The notes below the pieces were generated by a model. That model made no database searches. It saw only the letters and a program-made list of their open reading frames with translations, and had not been told where the DNA came from. A stretch of DNA of 54,100 nucleotides, filler included, from Sphacelaria rigidula (lineage: Eukaryota): NCBI GenBank assembly GCA_964200075.2. It is 5 parts of 5 records of this genome, joined end to end, with 100 filler letters (N's around TTAATTAATTAA, not from the genome) between each part and the next. Parts side by side here need not be neighbours in the genome. Positions count along the whole stretch, not along the records: positions 43,362 to 54,100 come from CAXNAA020005999.1; 4 more parts are not named here. The stretch is one strand, 5' to 3'. Of the stretch, positions 48,950 to 54,100 are shown in pieces. A program made the translations under genes and the position numbers. Numbering within the stretch: position 1 is the stretch's first letter; each line of letters begins with the position of its first letter.

Positions 48950-50512
48950 TCAATCGTGCCGTGAGGTCGTCATGAACGCGACGATGGGCAGTGTCGTCCG
49001 CTGTTTGGCGGAGCGAAGGTGGCGCAGGTGGCGTATCCGGTTGAAATGCCTGGTACTCCGTAAGAGTTTGTTCTTGGTCCGAGCGTGGACCACGAAACCA
49101 GAGCCGGGGCGGAAGGCCCGGCGGGTAATGCTCGATGCCCAACAGGGGGCGGTCGTCCGTGATAGACCCAGAGGCATGCACCGGAGCCGAGTCCGTGGCA
49201 GTAGAAGCCTGCGGCGAAGTGACCGATTTCTCATCAGCGGCCGTGATGGGGGTATGTCCACGGCCGTCGCGGCGGAAGCGGCAGTCGCCGCCGCGCTGGG
49301 CGCGTTGGGCGTGACACGGGTGCTTTCTGCATCCGTGTCGATGTCGGCGGCGGCAGGAGCTGGAGCGGCCGCGATAGGAGCGGCGATCGACGGAGCCTGA
49401 GTGTGAGTCATGGTTGGAGCAGATCGCAGGTATCGACGGAGATCTGCAATTTGTCGTTCCACCGCACGTACGGTGGCAGCATCAGGGTAGGGCGGAAGGA
49501 CACGGTTAGTGCTGCGCCGGTCTCGCAAAGGTGCCGGAATGTCAATCAACGCGTCATCGATGGGCAATCGTGTATTTACATGTGTCCGATCGACAGATTT
49601 CGGTCGTGAGGATCTCGTGGTCGATGATAATCCCGATAGCAATGCACGTACATCATGAACATGAGTGGTATGATCACCATGGTGGACAGTGGCATCACCA
49701 TCCATATCCAAATCAAGGGGAACATCTGAGGTTAAACATTCGTCATCATGGGCTGCAGCCGCTGGTGTAGAGGCCTGATGATTCACATTACTGTCAAAGT
49801 GAACATGATCTGAGGACGTTGAATGTTGAACGGCTGTGTGAAACGCGGCCGCAAGGGCTTGTGAAAGGGCAGTTGTCGCCGGACCCGCCGGACCGTCAGA
49901 AATGACGGCCGGTGATGAACGAAGCAAGTGCTCAAGAGCCGTTACGAATGGCAAGTACCCTGTGGAAGACTCTTCGGAGCGGCCAACACGCGAGGAGGAT
50001 GTTCGGCGCGGGGGCTGGTGAACAGAAGTGTCCTCACGATACATGTCGCATCGTCGCGGGCGCTGTAAGGCATCGTAGTCTTTGTGCGACGTACCGAAAA
50101 CGTCGGAAGGCATGGACGGATGCCGTTCATCAACACCGCGAGCGCGGGGTGAGTCAATAGCCGCTGTAGGAGCCTGAAGCGGTTTGCGTTTCACGACAGT
50201 GGAAACGCGTGGCGACTCGTCCGACATGTTGGAACTCCGAGACGGGGTGCGTTTCACAACAGAGCGAGCGCGTAGCGTCTCGTCGATCATGTCGGGAGTC
50301 TTGGACAGTGTGCGTTTTGCAACAGAGCGAGCGCGTGGCGACTCGACGATCATGTTGGAAGTCTTGGAGAAATGGTGGTCGCGGTCGCCACTAGCAGCCA
50401 CGTCTTGAGATGTGTAGTCGCCAGAGTGGAGGGCCGAAGTTCTGTTGGATTTCACTTCTTCGTGTACAGGGGAAGTAAGAGTGGAGGGTTTTGAAGGAAT
50501 TGATGAAAGCAA
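48950..50512 (-). CDS. Low-complexity ORF upstream of gag (probable N-terminal gag extension) with 21-aa tandem repeats
   Basis: 520-aa open frame on the same strand as gag-pol. 63-bp periodic repeats at ~50130-50370 (ESPRARSVxKR). Confidence 0.55.
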   Translation of the reverse strand: MLSSIPSKPSTLTSPVHEEVKSNRTSALHSGDYTSQDVAASGDRDHHFSKTSNMIVESPRARSVAKRTLSKTPDMIDETLRARSVVKRTPSRSSNMSDESPRVSTVVKRKPLQAPTAAIDSPRARGVDERHPSMPSDVFGTSHKDYDALQRPRRCDMYREDTSVHQPPRRTSSSRVGRSEESSTGYLPFVTALEHLLRSSPAVISDGPAGPATTALSQALAAAFHTAVQHSTSSDHVHFDSNVNHQASTPAAAAHDDECLTSDVPLDLDMDGDATVHHGDHTTHVHDVRALLSGLSSTTRSSRPKSVDRTHVNTRLPIDDALIDIPAPLRDRRSTNRVLPPYPDAATVRAVERQIADLRRYLRSAPTMTHTQAPSIAAPIAAAPAPAAADIDTDAESTRVTPNAPSAAATAASAATAVDIPPSRPLMRNRSLRRRLLLPRTRLRCMPLGLSRTTAPCWASSITRRAFRPGSGFVVHARTKNKLLRSTRHFNRIRHLRHLRSAKQRTTLPIVAFMTTSRHD

Positions 50513-52683
50513 ACGCTGACGGCGTAAAGATTTTTAAGTAGGCAGGGCCGAGGCGAGAATTATTTTCTGCGGTTGCGCCATATTGAATTGAAGAGGTAGA
50601 AATGGACGCCAGACACCAGAGTACAATAGGTCTGGTATGATAATAGCAGGTAGTGTAGACTCGGCAGGAGATTGTAAGTACCGAAAAAAAATTAAGCAGT
50701 AAAGACTACAAAAATTTGTAAATGGAGGTACACCAAACTAGAGTAGACTGCTGTGATAATAACAATCAGCTTAATCTCGGCAATTCCGAGTACCGAGAAG
50801 GCAGACAGCATAGCAAAAAGGTGGAGATTATTAAACGCCGAAAAGGAAGGATCTGCGGCGGAAATAAGACACCTGTAGAGGAAACTGTGTATGGAGGAGT
50901 AGGGGGGGGCGCACTGAAGGTGTACCAAAGGTATAAATAGTCGCAGAGGAACAAACTTACAGACAAACCCAACAGTTGTTGTTCGAGAGGTTGGGTGCAA
51001 GAGCAAAACCTAACAATGAGGCGACTGTGAAAGAAGACAGACACCCGGACAGATGTCCGACGGGCGCACTGTGCACGTCAGATATGACAGGGATACGTAG
51101 TGGCTAGGCACACGCTGGACAAGGATATTTGAGTGGTGCAAGTAGAATACCGCACGTAGGAGGTGTAGAAAAACACCACTCGAGACCGCGGAAGTAGGCA
51201 CCAATACTAGTGTAGAACACGTTGCTAAAAGGGAGGCGATGTGCAAATATCTGTGAAATTCAATACAGAAAGAGAATAAAAAAGTGCGGCAGCGAGGGTG
51301 CGAAACAGTGAACTCAAGTGCAGGAGCCCAAGAGAAGACAGCTGTAGCAGCCGACTGAAACACTAATTGTTGGTGCAGATCAGGCGCCGAGCTGAAAAGA
51401 CTACAGGGGGATACGGAATTTCGACCAAGAAATCAGGAAATCGTGAAGCGATCCAGGTGGTGGAGCACCAAAGAGGAAAACGTGGAACACGCGCAGTGCA
51501 AGGCCAAAAGGAAAAATATACTGTGTTTGTAGTATCCGCGCGAAAGATAAAAACAAGAATGTATCCATCAGTACATGCACAAAATATGAAAAGTGCGTCG
51601 TGGAATGCACGACCCGAAGGTGAAAAGTTGACTACGTAGTGCTCACCCAGCGAAAAATGTAGAAGCGGGGCGGAGGTGTGATAGAAACCTGATGAGAGGT
51701 GCGATGAGAGACGTACAACACCGAAATTATCAATTGTGTTGGTGCAGGTTGTCGCGCGGAAGAACAAATAGTGTGGACTACAGTACTCTGCACGCTGGAG
51801 CGGCGGTCGCTACTATCACAACTACTACTGCGGCAGTTGCGACTACGCAATTGTTGTAACGAAAAAGTAAGCGTGGTTGTAAGCGGTAAACGAAAACACT
51901 AAAGCAGTCAGTTTTAAGGATGAGAGGACATCGCACTATAAACACAGCAGCGGCACACAAGTGCCACGTCCTGCAAGGAGAAAAGATGTAGTCGCTTTAT
52001 TCGTCGATAAAAGCGGCGTGGTTGGATCTGTCCAATAAGATATAATGTCAACTGTCCGCAAGGGTCTACAACTAGCAATCACACAGCGCTGGGCGGGATA
52101 TCCGGCGAACGATGTGGGGCAGAAAAGGACGATGACAACATAACAAGGGCACTGCAAATCAAGAGTGTGGCCCAGCAAAAAGGGCGACCAAAGCAGGAGA
52201 AGGACAAATGGCAGGTTGCAAGTGTTGCTGCTGCGGCGGACTTGCAACTGATGGAATGCAGAAAGACAGCCCTGGAGTACGGCAAAACCAAAGCACCCTG
52301 AAAGCTAAACGAAAAGGAAGGACGGTTGAAACTGCTACTAACAAGGGGGAAAAAGTACAGGCAAACCAAAAGTGAGGGGCAGCAAACGTGGGCTACAGAA
52401 AGAGACAGCTAGACAAGGCAACAAGGCTATTAGAATACGCGTGGGCTACTGAAAAACCAAGCAAGACATGACCAATTAGTCGAACGCCAGTGTAATGAAG
52501 ATAGGTATGGACAGAATCCACACAGCTTCCTTGATAGATCAATGCACTGCACGCTTGTAAGATGTACGAGGTGCAATACATCCGAGTAGAACAAGCTGCA
52601 ATTATGTGTTTCACACGTACAGATTCTCGTGACTGTTGGTCACAGTAGCAAACAAACAAAGGGAGCTCAAAGGCTTGATATCT

Positions 52684-53041
52684 TGTAACAACTCTCACTG
52701 ATTATTCCCTTGATCGCCCAGCACACTGTTCTCACCAAAGGTACGCCGCAGGAGCGGATGGTCCGGCTCGAAGGGTAGCTCAAGAGTGTGCCAGTGTGCA
52801 TGAGGCACGGTAGCGCAACCTATTTTTGAACTCGGCCCGGGAAGGCGTTTCGCCTCCCCGGGACTAGGGCACACCAATCTGTACGTTACTCTTCCCCAGC
52901 TAGGGTACACCAGTCTGTACACTAATCTTCCCTAGAGCTATGGGCGCATTCCCGTGGACAGATCGAATGATCTGTGAGCCAACCTGTCCAAAATTGTCTG
53001 TGGGAACAAATAACGCCTTTCTATCTCCCTTCCTCATGACA
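52684..53041 (-). repeat. Putative Gypsy LTR (~360 bp)
   Basis: Minus strand TGTCATG ... TTGTTACA, followed by agatatcaagcc (degenerate Met-PBS-like). Lies between a pol 3' end and the leader/gag. Contains an internal duplication. Boundaries are inferred. Confidence 0.55.
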
Positions 53042-53648
53042 CTCACCTACCTAGACGAACCTCTATTTCAGTTGCGATGAAATCTCAAGAGCAACTAATA
53101 TTGAGGCTTGTCTCACCCATCAAGTCATGAGGAGACAAAGCGAAAAAGAAGAAAAACAAGAGGGCAATGACCAGCCCGGTGCCCGATCCTCCCACACCTC
53201 AAACAAGAAAAACCAAAGGTGCCTCAAAAAGCGCAAATACGCAATTGAGGTTGACTGCGCAAAAGCACACAATGCTGCTGCGAGCTAGCGAACAAACGGG
53301 AAAAGCACACAATGCTTTGACGCGCTAGCTAGGTAAAAAGCAAAGGAAAACCTCGCAAAGGACACAGTGGTAATCTCAAGCAGGAAGGCAAAAACTCAAG
53401 GACCCAAATAGGGTCGAGTGCCAGCCAGACAAAGCGGCGGCAGCATAGGGGCCAATGGAAGGGGGCGAAGGGGGTCTAGAAGAAGTCGTCGAAGGGGTCG
53501 ATGAGGGCAGAGATGAGCCGCGATAGGAGAGCCATCGTAGGTGAAGCAGTGAAGAGGAGAACGTACCTGAGTGGGGACAAAGGAAGTACCAGAACCAAAC
53601 TGGGAGGGGAGATAAAAATCGCGTAAAGGGAGTGCGAAGAGATAGAAC

Positions 53649-54100
53649 TTAAGATGGTGCGTTGATGTCGTGTGTACGATCGATATTGCCCTGAAGACCT
53701 CGACGTAAGCCGTGTGACTTGAAGCGTTGTAGGCACCAGGAACCGCGGGATGCGGAGGCGCTGGTCGTGTAAAAATCGGCGCGAAGCTTGAGCCGAACTG
53801 GCCCAGGATCGTCCAGGAAACGCACGATGTACGTGTCGGCCGCGGGGGCGTCGACGGAGTGGATCTGCCCCAGCCACCAGAGGTAATCGCTGCCCTTATA
53901 CCACAAGTAGGCGCCTGTAAGGAGAGGTTGTTGTTTTGCCCGAATATTTTAGTCCCATTGTTTGGTGGGTACAAGTTCGTAACCATCGGCTACAAAACGT
54001 AGTCCTTTGTCGCGGTGGAGTTCGCGGGCTGCGGCGCCGCGTCTCATGTTGCGATATCCCTTGTTGTCAGCGAGCTGTTGCTGTGGGGATTGTGTCCAAT
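53649..54100 (-). pseudogene. C-terminus of Gypsy pol with a Tudor/SH3-like domain
   Basis: ...AARELHRDKGLRFVADGYELVP..W(*)...GAYLWYKGSDYLWWLGQI...YIVRFLDDPGP...YTT...RGSWCLQ. One internal stop. Resembles, from memory, the pol tail of brown-algal Gypsy elements. Confidence 0.65.

Larger units (their letters stand above)
43362..53041 (-). mobile_element. Degenerate Ty3/Gypsy LTR retrotransposon (LTR, long leader, extended gag, PR, RT, RNase H; cut by the contig end)
   Basis: Gag zinc knuckle, protease, RT and RNase H occur in Gypsy order on the minus strand. Confidence 0.9.

Overview
Eukaryotic, transposon-dense DNA, most likely from a brown alga (inferred from TE types, GT-AG intron style and microsatellite-rich UTR-like tracts). 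The window is not one locus. It is five unlinked, size-sorted contigs (10741, 10740, 10740, 10740 and 10739 bp) joined by artificial 100-nt N44-TTAATTAATTAA-N44 linkers. Contig 1 holds a dead Ty1/Copia element carrying nested insertions (an RTE-type LINE with an 8-bp TSD, GAG..CTC MITEs, a C-tailed SINE-like element). It also holds a spacer-less palindrome next to a long-TIR element, and a chromodomain Gypsy 3' end with its LTR. Contig 2 has a probable first coding exon of a mitochondrial ribosomal mL53-like gene, a tentative small multi-exon gene and many MITEs/SINEs. Contig 3 has piggyBac-like MITE clusters, a tRNA-derived SINE and the last two exons of a C-terminal SAM-domain gene. Contig 4 has SINEs and a dead Copia with its 3' LTR. 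Contig 5 is a degenerate Gypsy in tandem or permuted order whose pol ends in a Tudor-like domain. The most novel-looking signals are a covarying 3' RNA stem-loop shared by several LINE/SINE tails, the C-tailed element family, the palindrome/long-TIR element, an internal cassette shared by MITEs with different TIRs, and the Gypsy C-terminal domain.
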